Assembly (NCBI GenBank): GCA_951406725.2
Contig: OX597820.1
Coordinates: 65,038,001 to 65,102,000 of the forward strand
DNA length: 64,000 nucleotides
Source: Octopus vulgaris
Lineage: Eukaryota
Direction of reading: 5' to 3'
Shown here: positions 41,624-56,496 of the stretch, one piece after another
How positions within the stretch are numbered: position 1 is the first letter of the stretch
How the letters are laid out: the number at the start of each line of letters is the position of its first letter
The notes under the pieces: generated by a model
Database searches by the model: none
Seen by the model: the letters and a program-made list of their open reading frames with translations, nothing else
Told to the model about the DNA's origin: nothing
Translations under genes and position numbers: made by a program

Positions 41624-41898
41624 AAGGCGGTGCTCCAGCATGGCTACAGTCAAATGACTGAAACAAGTAAAGGAAAAGAAAGAATCGGATATATATATAT
41701 TCGCTGCTTTCTGGGGCTGGCCACATTGGAGCAGTATATTCAGCCGAAATTGCGAAGATAATCTGGTACTCGAATGAGGAAAGAAAACACCAACTGACCC
41801 GTATTTATTTTCTTTGTATCGTTTATCTGGATGTTTTGTTATTCCATTTTTGTATCACCTAACTGTCCCGATGTTTTGCGTTATTTTCCCATTTTGCA

Positions 41899-41955
<57 letters not shown>

Positions 41956-41960
<5 letters not shown>

Positions 41961-42347
41961 TTATATATAAAAGTAAGGTTGTGTGTCTGTCTACTCCGAA
42001 TTAGATTCCTAACTACTCCCACATTTTGCGGTGCAGTTTAACCAAAACCGGGTATCTTATAGACGTGATTCATATCGAGCCCTTCTGGGTATTAGCACGC
42101 GTCTACGATGAGTCTACGATTTTAAAAATAACTTACCATAATTTTTTCCATTTTAATGCATATTTTTTTTAATATAAGGGAAGTAACTCTCTAAAAATGT
42201 CTACGATGAGTCAACGATTTTTAAAAAAATTTACCATAATTTTTTTTCCATTTTTAATGCATTTTTTGCTATTTTGGGGCTATAACTCTAAAAATGCTTT
42301 ATAGTTATTTCCCTTACAAACCCGAGCAACGCCGGGCGATACTGCTA

Positions 42348-42348
<1 letters not shown>
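41956..42348 (+). mobile_element. Non-autonomous Helitron
   Basis: A|TC 5' end, 3' hairpin cccgagcaacgccggg (42321-42336) followed by CTAG|T. Inserted in (TA)n, with an internal ~60-bp duplication (42101 and 42199). Confidence 0.85.
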
Positions 42349-42419
<71 letters not shown>

Positions 42420-43924
42420 AAAGCAAATGCTGTTGTTAATTTAGGACACAAAACTCTTATACGCTCACTATTACTGAGATGGTCATAAGGATAGATTCCT
42501 CAGTCACCTTCTCCGTAGGACCCTACCAGGAGCGACTGTCATTACAAACTTTGGCTCTATTCCCGAGCGTGGCCAACTGAGCATATGGATGTTATTCAAC
42601 CGCTACATGCTTCGTCTCCTGTCGGTTAGCTGAGAAGAATCTGTTTGGCGATTTTTCTTTCGATATTATAATTACATATCCACAGTGCCAGAATTGTGAC
42701 CTCTCAATGCGGAGAAGAAACAATTCGCTTAAATGCCAACATAAAAGTTCTAGAGAAAACTTATATAGATGTTATAGAGGTCAGATGCACCGTAAAAGTG
42801 AACATCACTTGAGAAAAAATGAAGAAGGGAATACATACAGACTACTTTTACGTGCCATGCGGTTTCAACAACATGGCTATAAATTCTAACTCATAACATA
42901 TAATTATTGTTGGACTCGGTTATGTTGGTACAAGTCTAGATAATAATACAGAAAACTTAGGTTATGCATAAAGAGAAAACGACCAGCTAACACGCACTTT
43001 ACAAATACAGTCTGTGTTACTCACAGTAAATACACACAACTTTCTAAACTTTAAAATAAAACTTTTTTTCTGTTTATATTATTTGGGTCCCGGTGATGCG
43101 GCATATTTCTTATAACTTTTACTTACAAATGATATACAAATATACACAGGATATCCATCTGAGCCGAAACACGAACTTAAGAAATATGTTGGCTTTCGTA
43201 TTGTTAAATTTTGTATTCGATAAAATATACAATGACTTTTGTGTGTGGATGTGTAAGTCTGTGTATATATGTGTGTATGGGTATGTGTGTGTGTGCGTGC
43301 ATGTATGTAGTAAAAATGGTAGTGAATAAGGTTTTGTTTAGGGGGACCAAACTCCAGAGACGATTACAGGTAAACAAAATCCAAAATCCTGGTAAGTGTG
43401 TGTACATACGGGTGTGTATTGTTGTACATGAATATACTCTTACTAATATACATACATATATTTATAAATATATGTATATATATGTGTGTGTGCGCGTGTG
43501 TGTGTGAGAGAGAGAGAGTGTGTGTGTGTGTGTTTATGTGTGTGTTTATAGAGGCTGGACTTGATTATTGACCGGACCTATTTTCTTCCATTTGGCTACA
43601 CTAGATATACATCTGAGTCGAAGCCGAAGCATCAAGAATATGGGATCCCTTTCGTATTATTACATTTTCTCTTTGCTAAATTATACAATGATGTTCAATA
43701 TATATTTTACTTTCTTCTTCATAGATTGTCATTTTGAAATTTGTAGTTGGTTTTGACACCTTCGAGTAAAGTCTGGTCTGACATGGAAGGGATGAATGCA
43801 GCGATGATTCTCGATTTCGGAATTTCCAGAAATGTGAGTGGTATCATGTGCTATTTGTTAGACCCATACATGTTCAGCCGTTATATATGCAAACACACAC
43901 AAACACACACACATATGTATATAC

Positions 43925-43971
<47 letters not shown>

Positions 43972-44029
43972 TGAATGGCTAACTGAGAGTAAACTGGTAA
44001 TCGTTTTGCGATAAATCCTTACATTTAAT

Positions 44030-44123
<94 letters not shown>

Positions 44124-44127
44124 GGAC

Positions 44128-44202
<75 letters not shown>

Positions 44203-44204
44203 GG

Positions 44205-44697
44205 AACAAAAACGTACTAGAGGACGATAAAACAACCGGACGGTAGGCGATATAAAGGCGGACAGGAAAAATAACAATTAGAGGGAGAGGAAAAAAAGGA
44301 CGTAGCTTTCTTTCGTCAGTTAAGTTACCAGATATCCTTACAGTTTTGGGCAGTTACACTTGAGACTGTTCGATCTGGTTAAACCCCAAAAAGTCTAAGC
44401 TAAGAGCATTAGATTTGATGTAAGAAAGCTAGCGAATGTGTACGACAAGTAAGACAAAGAACGGAGAACATGGTTCCTGTCGTAAGGCTTTCGCTTTATA
44501 CACGCCAGCTCAATTTCATTCGTCCTCAGCCGAAAGACACCTGTTGTTATATTCTTGTTACTTGTAATTATGTACCACGTTCTCCGTATATATATATGTA
44601 CATCTGGTAACTTTTTTCTTGTCCCTCTAATTGTTGTTTTCCTGTCCGCCTTTTTATCTGTCTCGATGTTTTATTGTCCTCTATTGCGTTTTTGTTT
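44205..44697. repeat. Fold-back insert with ~90-bp diverged inverted ends
   Basis: aacaaaaacg...aaaggcggacaggaaaaataacaattagaggga versus tccctctaattgttgttttcctgtccgcctttt...cgtttttgtt. The interior is homologous (inverted) to 41740-41790. Confidence 0.7.
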
Positions 44698-45860
44698 ATA
44701 TATATATATATATGTGTGTGTGTGTGGGGGGTGGTGTTTGTATATATATGTATCTATGTATGTGTGTGTATAAGTACCATGATTGGTAAAGCCATATGTG
44801 TACCACCTTCTGTACGGTCATATATATATATATATATATATATATATGGGGGCGTGCAATGTGGTGGGTGTTTGGGTGTGTATGCATGCTAATATATATA
44901 GTGATATTACGTACATAAACGAATACATACGTACGAATATACGTACATAGGGGAGTGCATGCGCGTACCCTAGTATGCATGTGTCCGGTCGCGTGTGTGT
45001 CATACATACTAACGATACACGGATATTAAATACGCTGTGTGGAACTATACAAGGCGAAGATGTTCCACTGGATGGGAGTCATTAGTGTGTCTGTGTGAAA
45101 AAACATAAAGAAACAAAGAAAAGGACAAGGTAAGAGAAAATCATATGTAATGAGCAAAAAAAAATGAATGTATTGGGACGGAATGTGTGAGGTGAATGGA
45201 AGATGATGGATGAGGAAAAGTGTGTTAAGCGATCCGTAGAGAAAGAACGTACGGATGACGAGATTAGGGCGCTGTGAAAGCGGAAAACTGACGAACGGGT
45301 TTCTCTAGAAACAGATTTTGCGAAGAATAGGGCAAAATACAGCAACACGTGACAAGGCGTTGTGCTGTGCTGAAGAGGGTTTCTGCAAGCCATGCAACCC
45401 GGGGCCATGACGGAAAAATTATCTGCAGACGTATAAGTGTGCATACGTATGTCTATATGTACGTGTGGGTGTGTATATTTACATTACATTATTTATGTAC
45501 ATGTATGTATGAATGCAAATACTGCACACATTGACACATGTAAACATGCATACACAGAGACATGCATATATATGTGCATGTCTCTGTGTATGTAAAACAT
45601 CACTACCAATAATACCACCACTTCATATTTTACAAACATATCACATACATAAAAAATGGATACATACATACATACATACATATATATATAAATATATATA
45701 TATATACATGTATATATATACATATATATATACATATATATTCATAAATATGCATATATAAATATATATAGACACGCATATATGTGCATATATGTGTGTA
45801 TACATATACGCATACACACAAATATGTGTGTATAAATAGATATATGTTTGTATACATATA

Positions 45861-45948
<88 letters not shown>

Positions 45949-45979
45949 TCACTTATCAACAAATACACAAACACACACA

Positions 45980-46028
<49 letters not shown>

Positions 46029-46940
46029 ACGTACATTTATATGCTTGCATTTATACATACATATTCACATACATGCAAATATTATTAATATATGCATATA
46101 CAGAAACATGTAAACATAAATATATTCATAAATATACATCCATATACGTGAAGATGAAAATATCCTGATATTTTTGTGATTAGTTTGTTTGTATATATCA
46201 CTACATGACACTGAAAAAGTAACACACAACAACGGTATACATAAAGTGTTTTAGAAAGAATTCGTTTTCTTAATTCCTCAGACACATTTCGAGCACACGA
46301 ATCAATCATGTTTTCAACAGATTCATAACTATAAACGATAAGGAAACCGAGTAGTCACGTGGGAACGGATTGCTTAAAGGCTAATGTGTTTAGCAAATGA
46401 AAATACCAGTTGAAGATAAAGTGATTGAAGAGTTAGAGGAGGTAGAATGGTAAGTAGTGTTTGTATGAAAGGACAGGAGCGAGTGAGAAGGGAGAAAAAT
46501 GAAGCAGTTATGGTTTTAATGAAAATGGTGATGCTGATGAAGATGATGACGATGATGATGATGATGATGATGATGAATTATGAAGATGATGATGATGATG
46601 GTTGTGGTTATGGTGGTGGTGGTGGTGGTGGTGGTGGTGGTGGTGGTAATGAAGCTTATGAGTTGAGGACGAAGAGGAGGACGAGGAGGGTGGAAGTGTC
46701 GGCAGTAAAAAAAAAACTTACATGACGACGACGATGACGATATTGTTGCTGGTGTTGTTTCAAGTGCTGCTACTGCTACTGCTACTGCTGCTGCTGATGT
46801 TGATGATCATGATAACGATGATGATGACGACGACGATGATGACAATGACGATGATGACGATGACAACGACGACAACGGTGGTGGTGGTGGTGGTGGTGGT
46901 GGTGGAAGTGGTTGTTGCCGTCGTCATGACGACAGCGACG

Positions 46941-46972
<32 letters not shown>

Positions 46973-47234
46973 TGTCATCATTGTGAGCAAAATAGAAACA
47001 ATTTCGCAAGACAAGAAATATGGAGAAAACGTAAGGATAAATGGAAAAAAATTTTTTTTTAATATATATAAGAGAAAAATAAGACAGAATAGGAAATAAA
47101 GATGAAGCATTTCTCTCAAGAACATAACAAACACCGACACCATTTCTAGCAGACTCGATATTCCAAACAACTACCAATACCAGCATCACCAGCGATTCTA
47201 GCGAAATTTTCGCCATTATTGCCATCACCAATAT

Positions 47235-48262
47235 CCTTTTCTGTTCTAGGCACAAGGCCTGATATTTTAGAGAAGTGGGTCAGTGGATTAGATTGACCCC
47301 AGTACGCAACTGGTACTTAATTTATCAACCCCGAAACTATGAAAGGCAAAGTCGACTTCGGCGAAACTTGAACTCAGAACATAAAGACCGACGAAATACC
47401 GCTAAGCATTTCGCCCGGCATGCTAACGTTGCTTGTTTCTTTATTGCCCACAAGGGGCTAAACATAGAGGGGACAAACAAGGATAGACAAAGGGATTAAG
47501 TCGATTACATCGACCCAAGTGCCTGATTGTTACTTAATTTATCGATCCCGAAGGGATGAAAGACAAAGTCGACCTCGGTGGAATTTGAACTCAGAACGTA
47601 GCAGCAGATGAAATACCTATTTCTTTACTACCCTCAAGGGACAAACAAGGACAGATAAACGGATTATGTCGATTATATCGACCCCAGTGCTTAACTGGTA
47701 CTTATTTAATCGACCCCGAACGGATGAAAGGTAAAGTCGACCTCGGCGGAACTTGAACTCAGAACATAAAGACAGACGAAATACCGCTAAACATTTCGCC
47801 CGGCATGCTAACGTTGCTTGATTCTTTATTGCCCACAAGGGGCTAAACATAGAGGGGATAAACAAGGACAGACAAACGGATTAAGTCGATTATATCGACC
47901 CCAGTGCGTAACTGGTACTTATTTAATCGATCCCGAAAGGATGAAAGGCAAAGTCGACCTCGGCGGAATTTGAACTCAGAACGTAACGGCAGACGAAATA
48001 CGCTAAGCATTTCGCCCGGCGTGCTAACGATTCTGCCAGCTCGCCGCCTTCTTAATCTTTTCTACTCTATGCACAATGCCTGAAATTTAAGAGGAGGGCC
48101 CAGTCGTTTAGACCGACCCCAGTGCTTAAGTGGTAATTTAGCAACCCCGAAACGATTAAAGGCAAAGTCGACCTCGGTGGAATGTGAACTCAGAACATAA
48201 AGATAGACGAAATACCTCTAAGCATTTAGCCCGGCGTGCTAACGTTTCTCTCAGCGCACCGC
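47235..48262 (-). mobile_element. Head-to-tail array of about 5 SINE family B units
   Basis: Repeated gatgaaaggcaaagtcgacctcggcggaatttgaactcagaac. Further copies at 40810-40995, 48660-48765, 48915-49137 and 57157-57555. Confidence 0.9.
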
Positions 48263-48495
48263 ATTCTTATTGCCATCACCAATATCATCAACTGCAACAA
48301 CAGCTATAGTAACAATAATATTAGTAGGAATGCTAAAGGCAAACAAACCACCGAAAGCAACAAGCTTTTCAGCGATATTGTATCTGTGTTTGGTTTGTTC
48401 TTCTTATCAATATAATATTTGTTTTCTTTTCTTTCCGCAAATACTATACTTGAAGCTAAAACGAATTTTACCAATCTGCGATATACATACATACA

Positions 48496-48527
<32 letters not shown>

Positions 48528-48529
48528 CA

Positions 48530-48579
<50 letters not shown>

Positions 48580-48596
48580 GTGGGGTGGGGTATACG

Positions 48597-48641
<45 letters not shown>

Positions 48642-49139
48642 GTATAGTAGATAAAGAAAATAGAAAGGCAAAGTCGATTTAAGTGGAATTTGAACTCAGA
48701 ACGTCAAGACGGACGAAATGCCGCTAAGCATTTTGCCCGGCGTGCCAACGATTCTTCTAGCTCACTGCATAAATAATAATAATAATCCTTTCTACTGGAG
48801 GTACAAGGCCTCTAATTTGTGGGTATGCCTTGGTGGCATTTGAACTCAAATCGTGAAACAGGTGTTCTAACGATTTTACCAGCTCGCCGTCTTAAGAATA
48901 ATAATAATAATGTTAATCCTTTCTACTAGAAGCACAAGGCTTCATATTTGGGGGAAGTGGAAAAGGGATTAAGTTGATTACATTGAACCCAGTGCGTAAC
49001 TGGTACTTATTTAATCGACTACGAAAGGATGAAAGGCAAAGTCGATCTCGGCGGAATTTGTACTCACGACGTAGCGACGGGCGGACTACTGCTTAGCATT
49101 TCGTCCAGTGTGCTAACGATTCTGCCAGCTCACCGCCTT

Positions 49140-49152
49140 AATAATAATAATG

Positions 49153-49230
<78 letters not shown>

Positions 49231-49353
49231 GAATTCGATAATTGAAAAGAACAGATAGCATGATACTGTGTACTGCAGGTATCAAGCCATTTATGCCTGG
49301 AAGATTCCAGGAGTGTATACAATGCTGAGGGAAAAGAAATAATAATAATAATA

Positions 49354-49410
<57 letters not shown>

Positions 49411-49419
49411 GTAATAGTA

Positions 49420-49476
<57 letters not shown>

Positions 49477-49527
49477 GTAATAATAATAATAATAATAATA
49501 GTAATAATAATAATAGTAATAATAATA

Positions 49528-49587
<60 letters not shown>

Positions 49588-49602
49588 GTAATAATAATAA
49601 TA
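49140..49602. repeat. (AAT)n microsatellite interrupted by a ~107-bp insert
   Basis: Direct reading. Confidence 0.9.
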
Positions 49603-50711
49603 GAAATATGTACACAAAACACGACACCTGCAGGAATGACTTAAATAAAGAAGAGAATGTGACAGGTCCCTCGATCTGAGTACGAAGGTCTTGACATGGT
49701 GGTTAATGCAGATGCCAATGGATTTGGACTCATTGTGGATGAGGAATTGAAGAAGACATATGTGAAGGAAATACCTGTAGAATATGATGAATTATTGATC
49801 TAAAGAGTTCCGGAACGTGATGTCATTGCTATACATAATCGTTTGGCTTAAGAGAAATTCTTCTTTCACGTTCAAGTCTACCTGCTTTCAAATAGCAACA
49901 GCAGCAGCAACAACAACAGCAACTGCAGCTGCAGTAGTAGTAGTAGTAGTAGTATATTTTGACGTTTTGTTCCAGTTTATTCCTGAACGTGCATATTTCA
50001 TGTCAAGGATATTCCTGACGTGGCCATCTCATTTACCCAAAATGACTTATTCGTTCTCTTTATGAGAGAAATTTGTGATTTTAAAGAGCTTTTACGTAAA
50101 TGTTCTCTCGTTAATTTGTGCCATATTTGAGTGAAAAAGTTGTTCTTACGCAACAAAAATCAAAGTCAGTTACACAGAAATTTTTTGTTTTTAATCAAGT
50201 GGATCTCCACTGGTTTCGACGATGAAACTCTTAAATAAAATGAACCTCCTTGTTTTAATCGACTGACCTACCAATTCCTTAAATTCCACTATCAATGACT
50301 GAGTGTTCGACACAATTTTATCGCTCACATAAGCCTGAAGTAGATTCAGCGTGACTCAGAGTGCATGTGACAAGACTACACTCACAGTTTCTCACAATTC
50401 AATTTCAGTCACATACCGAGACTTTGGCAGTAGATATTTACCCAAGACGTAATATGATAAGATCGGACACCAGACCTTGTGATTACGAAGCTACTATCTA
50501 GATCCTTGCGTCCATTTACTTCAATTACAGTTACGCATACAGCTCTAAGGAGTGGTCGTGTGGCTAGAAATTTGCTTTCATGCCACATGATTTCAGGTTC
50601 AGTCCCACTACATCGTATATTGGGCAAGTGTCTCCTACCACTTGCGATCAAAGTTTATGTGTGAATTTGGTGAATGGAAACTGAAAGAAGCCCGTTCTAT
50701 ATATATGTATG

Positions 50712-50747
<36 letters not shown>

Positions 50748-50850
50748 CATACATACACACACAGAGACAAACACACATGCACAAACTTACATGTATATAT
50801 ATATATACACACATATGAGTGAATATTCAAATGAACTCGTAAAGATGCGT

Positions 50851-51082
50851 TTATTATTGAGTGGGAGAGCAGTGCATGTCATCAAAGTGATATTGGGGTA
50901 AAATATACGAAGCCCAGTATACCCATCATGACTACTCGTTTGATAAGGGTGCACTAGGCACATGCATCACAACCATATGTGCGCGACATAGCGATCTCAT
51001 ATCAAGATAAACAACGCATGACCTAGCAAGTGGGGCCCAATTAGAGTTTTCTTCTCGTTATGTAGCCTATCCCACTCAAAAT
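50851..51082 (-). mobile_element. Interspersed retroelement 3' end (second copy at ~56126-56460)
   Basis: Both copies begin ttattattgagtg(g)gagagcag...catcaaa, implying a (TAA) tail on the minus strand. Family not assigned. Confidence 0.6.
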
Positions 51083-51104
51083 AAGGGTTGAACACGTGGT
51101 ATAA

Positions 51105-51480
51105 CACCGACAAATATCAAGGAGTAATGTTTGTAGAGGCCACACCCCTTGGAGAACCAGCCTGTAGATTTAGGATAGCTCTGAAGAAGATCAAACTCAA
51201 CATTAAGATTATTGAAAACCAGGGAACTCCGTCAGATCACAACTATGTAGGACGTACTCCTTTGAGAATACCATATACACAAAAGATAACTGCATGGTAT
51301 GTAGGATTAGCCCCGGCATTAACAGTAGAACTAGAAATGTAGCATAAGATGCACAGAAGGTGCTTGTAAAGACATGAACATAACATACATAGATGAGACA
51401 TCTAGGAGCATTGTGGAATGACTAAATGGACATTTGAGACGATATGACGACAAAGAAAACAGTCCTCCATACTCTACTGA
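51105..51480 (+). pseudogene. PLE GIY-YIG endonuclease fossil
   Basis: MFVEATPLGE...IKIIENQG, CMVC...SRTRNVA*, and CTEGAC...YIDETSRSIVE*LNGH, which matches the YIGETxRS..ER..EH pattern. Confidence 0.7.
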
Positions 51481-51641
51481 AATGCTAAGGACCAACATTA
51501 AATTTCCTTAGGGAAAAGCTATAAATGGACAGCAGTGAAATATACTATTGTGCTTACTCTAAGCACGATTCTTGTGCAAATAAAGAATCATGATACATTC
51601 TCGTGTCTGTTTTAACCCGGCATTTGTGACGTTGCATTCTA

Positions 51642-51833
51642 CACGGTGGCGCAAAAGTCACGCACCAAAACATTTGGCATTATATTCATATTATGATATT
51701 ATTATCATTATTTGTTTTGTTCATCATGTTATAAAGTATGCGTGTATTCATCATTGTTTTACTTACTATAATCAATTTTAAAAAATCCGGTGCGTATTGA
51801 AATTAATTTGTGCTTGGCTTTTGACCCACTCTG
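51642..51833. mobile_element. Tc1-like MITE
   Basis: Imperfect 24-bp TIRs cacggtggcgcaaaagtcacgcac / gtgcttggcttttgacccactctg, with TA on the left. Confidence 0.5.
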
Positions 51834-52808
51834 CACTTAATCGGTAGCTGAACTACATTCATATAAGCAGTAATAACAACGATTTCTATAACTGGCACAA
51901 TTCTACAAACTACAAACTGTTTGGAGGTTGAAATATCGCACTCATTTTATCAACCACGAAAAATAAAACGATTAATTTGACTTCGACGAAAATGAAACTC
52001 AGAAATAAAAAGATAATGAAACATATATTGTTCTGTTGTCTACAGATCCTGGCTCTCTCTGCCTTTGGTAAAAAAAACTATTTATCGATGCTTCATAAAA
52101 ACATGTTTAACTTATATACCTCGGCTTATATCATGCTGATGTTTTCTAAAAAGAATGAAACAATATATACCAAAAATTAAATGTTTTTCAGGACAATATA
52201 AGAACTTGAAAAATAATAGATATGTATGTTAAGTTGCTGTCCAACATGACCGCAGTCACACGACTGAAACAAGTAAAAGAATATTCTTTTTCATTTCAGC
52301 CTCATTCTTATTTAACTTGTACTAGCTTCTCGCTAGGGGACTCCAACTATTATTTTCTATTATTTATTTGGAAGAAACATTAGAGAGTCATCCCCTATGC
52401 AAGAGGTACAGAGTTGGTCAAAATTTTGCCGGAGAGACGCTGAAGAAATACGGACAGAAGATCCAGATAGTGTCGAGGAATAAATTTATACGTTTTGCTA
52501 TTTGTTATTATAAAGAAGATTTCTCTCTCCGTCTGGCAGCAGGTGGACGTGTGCATATTGTGAAATTGTCGATGTTGTTTCAGTTTTTGATGACACAGAC
52601 ATTGTCCTTATTGTTATTGTAGCTGTTGCTTTTCTTGTTTTGTGTTAGCTATTTTTTTACGATGGTATTGACGCTGTTCAGAGTAGAGGAAGCCCTCAAC
52701 CAAATGATTCTCGGTGTTTTAATGCAATTATAGGAATAAGTGTGCATTTCTCTGTGCTCACAGACACACACGCACACGCACGCACGCACGCACGCACACA
52801 CACACATA

Positions 52809-52872
<64 letters not shown>

Positions 52873-53484
52873 TATACGTCCAGACAATAGCGGTTGGAAT
52901 GTTAAAGTTCCCGACCTAAAATCGTCCGCTCATAATAAAATAATTATATTCTATATGAAAGATACATTCAAAAAATAGTTATTCACGTAAAAGTTGAGAT
53001 CAAATTTATTTTCATCACTCGGCAGTCTTCATTGTTTTATTTTCTCCTGCTTTTTTTTTTTTTTTTCTTTTTGTTTCTCTTTCCATCATTTGGTGAATAG
53101 GAAAGGGTGCTATTCGTTATTCGTTTTTATTTTTAGTCATTTACTTAAGGATACACAATTCATAATGATAGATCAAATTGCCCAAATCGTATTCTTCGTA
53201 GCAGAAATGATGGTTTATTGTGAATATAGACGAGATATGGCGAAGGGGAAATAAAAAGTGGGGAGTATGTCATATAACAGTGATGGCGATAGGAAGTGGA
53301 GAGAAATGATAATTGATAGAAAGAAGAAAGATGTGAAGGAGAAGCAGAGCGGGAAACGATGATAAATAAATGTAAAATAGTAGGTGGAGGAGGAGGAAGA
53401 AGAGGAGGTTATAGAGGAAGAGGACGAGGAAGAAGAAAAGAAGAGAAATGAAGAAGAAAAAGGGCAAAAAATGATGATGATAGT

Positions 53485-53516
<32 letters not shown>

Positions 53517-55525
53517 CGACAACGAAGAAGAAGAAGATGAAGAAGAAGAAGAAGAAGAAGAAGAAGAAGAAGAAGAAGAAGAAGAAGAAGAAGAAGAAGA
53601 AGAAGAAGAAGAAGAAGAACGTAGTCAAGCGGTAGAAAGATATAGGTGGGGGTGCTAAAAGAGCAGAGAGGAAGAGATATAGAGAGATACATTCTAAGTT
53701 AGTGAAAAGCAGTAAAAGTGGAATGTGTGCATCAACTATAAAGAGGAAAAGATAACTCAATGAGGGAGAAAGTGAGATAGAAAAATATTGATAGAGAGCT
53801 GGCGAGAGTGAAGTGAATATACAGAGAGAAAGAGAGAAAATTGAAGGGAAAACAAGGAAAAATATTACGATGTGGAAGACAGTAATAAGAAGAAAAAAAG
53901 AACAAGAGAATGCGAGAAAGAAAACAAGCAACATAAATAGAGAGACAAATAAAAGGAAAGAGATGCGAAAAAGATTCACAAAGGCGAAAGAGAGGAGGTG
54001 AAGAACAATGAACGAGAGAAGTGAAAGATGGCTATGAAAGATTTAGGTGATGGATAGATAGAAAGAAGAAAGATAAGGAGTTTGGAGAAGGTTGGTGGGG
54101 GGTAGTATTTCTTTACCGTTGACAAGTCATGCGTTAGGCCACCGATAAGCAGGAAGCTAAATTTTTCCTTAAAGAACGGAAGAAATAACTTCCAATCTGA
54201 TCCATGATATAAAAGCCAGGAGAAGATAAAAGAATAAAAAAAAAATCGAATCTAAGATGGCGCTTAACGATATTTTGTAGCTTCCGCTTAAACTTAACGT
54301 GTAACGTTATTAAAGACGGGTCTTGATCAGAACTAGCTAGATAGATATCGCACTATGAAGACCTACTATGAGGCCAGAAAGTACTTATTATATAACATAG
54401 CAGCATAAACATAGCCATACATTAAATCACGTGTTGCAATGGTGGAAAGATCTGTGAGGGCACTCGACCAGCTAGAAATAATATCTAAAATTCCCTCAAA
54501 CCATACCCTTTTCTTTGTATGAAGGAAGGAAACATCGCATCATGTACTCTTAGATACAGAAGCCGAAAATAAGATAGGCTTGTCATGTCTGAAACACCTG
54601 TGATCAAAGAATGCATTTTAATACCTCAGATTTGTACTAAGTAATGATATCGAATCAGTGTAGGAGGCTGTAAAAAGATCTTGCTAGAAATAGCAGCCAA
54701 ATCTGTCTTAGATTATAGACTACTGTCTCAGGAAAAGGAGATATTGGAAAATGTAGTAGAGGATATTCTTGCAATGTCTGTCTGAGAAGGGGTGGAAATG
54801 GTTGGATGTTCAATAAAAGAAGGATAACTAGGGTTGAAGCAACAAGAATAACATGTATCCCAGGTTTATAACCTATTTATATTAGTACATAACTCCCCCT
54901 CACTAATCCTATTGCTAATCACTCTCTTTCTCTCTCTCTTTCACTCCTTGCTCTGTCCCTCTCTCTTTGCTCTCTCTCTCTCTTTCTCTCTCTATTTCGC
55001 TCTCTGTAAACAGCCATAATCAGCAATAGCAGCAATTTCTAATCAAACAACCATGAGTATAAGTACGTAAGTTCATATGCATACGTATACATACATATGA
55101 GTGTGTGTGTGTGTGTGTGTATGAATGTATGCATATATGGACGTTTTTACGCATACATATACAAATATAAGTTTCTTGTATATAGCACCAAACTATATAC
55201 AAACTCAATATCACACACACACGCACGCGCGTCCATACATTCATTCTTAGTTCATTGCCTAATGGTTATATATCTGCTTTTTTGTACTAACTGAAATAAC
55301 TTCTACCAAACCATACGAGTGAAAAGTAGGTACACGTAAAACGTTCTGAAGCCTAAAGAAAGTACTCTCTTGATACATCCAGTACACAATCTTACCAAGT
55401 ATAGCACAACACTATGTCCGTTTCTCAAACTTTATTTGCAATACTCTTGTCTACAGATTACTCAACTACATACAAATTGATACACAGAAAACATAGTCCT
55501 TTTCACTGAAAAATCTTGGATACAC

Positions 55526-55773
55526 TCTTTTACTCTTTTACTTGTTTCAGTTATTTGACTGTGGCCATGCTGGAGCACCGCCTTTAGTCGAGCAAATCGA
55601 CCCCGGACTTATTCTTTGTAAGCCTAGTAATTATTCTATCGATACCTTTTTGCCGAACTGCTAAGTTACGGGGACGTAAACACACCAGCATCGGTTGTCA
55701 AGCGATGTTGGGTGGACAACCACAGACACACAAACATACACACACAAACACACACAAACACACACACACACAC

Positions 55774-55865
<92 letters not shown>

Positions 55866-56020
55866 TATATACGACGGGTTTCTTTTCAGTTTCCGTCTAC
55901 CAACTCCACTCACAAGGCTTTGGTCGGCTCGAGGGTATAGTAGAAGACAGTTGCCTTAGGTGCCACGCAGTGGGACTGAACCCAGAACCACGTGGTTGGT
56001 AAACAAGCTACTTACCACAC
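55526..56020 (-). mobile_element. SINE family A
   Basis: Homologous to 58466-58876, with an expanded internal (TA)n. Confidence 0.88.
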
Positions 56021-56496
56021 AATGCGAGGACCATTGTATCATTAAACACATAAGCACATGTAATACCATCGTTTTTGTTTTGCTTTAGGTTGCGGTTGTC
56101 TCAGGTTTAGAACTATTATACAAACTTATTATTGAGTGAGAGCAGCGCGTGCCATCAAAATGACACTGTGGTACATATATACGCAGCCCAATATACCCAT
56201 CATAACTATCCATATGATAAGGATACACCAAACACATTGCCTCACAACCATGCGTGCGTGACGTAGTGACCTTATATCAAGATAAACCTTGCAAGTGTGG
56301 CCCAGTTAGAATTTTCTTCAGATCGAGTAGATCATCACGGTCAAAATGTCCCTGAATAAGAGTTGTTTAAGGGTGATGAACGAAACACTTATATTTCGAG
56401 AGGTGTTTTATTGAAACCCCAGAGAATTCCACTCAAAACATGGCTATGATGCTCCCCGACTACGCCTGATGTATGTATGTATGTATGTATGTATGC

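Noticed and set aside
43342-43391. Possible exon (tttag| ... ctg|gtaagt)
   Set aside because: Weak polypyrimidine tract and no supporting coding signal.
44300-44350. Minus-strand CTGACGA and GAAA-like pieces in a fold-back insert
   Set aside because: I could not assemble complete stems; the homologous segment at 41740-41790 is also decayed.
45280-45410. CTGACGA...GAAA and CTGAAGA-gggtt...aaccc motifs
   Set aside because: The first lacks U16.1 and a good stem II; the second is followed by GGGG instead of GAAA.
47235-48262. Regularly spaced repeats resembling a CRISPR array; SINE heads resembling tRNA genes
   Set aside because: The units are ~200-bp SINE copies without unique spacers, and the heads lack a complete cloverleaf and run into SINE bodies.
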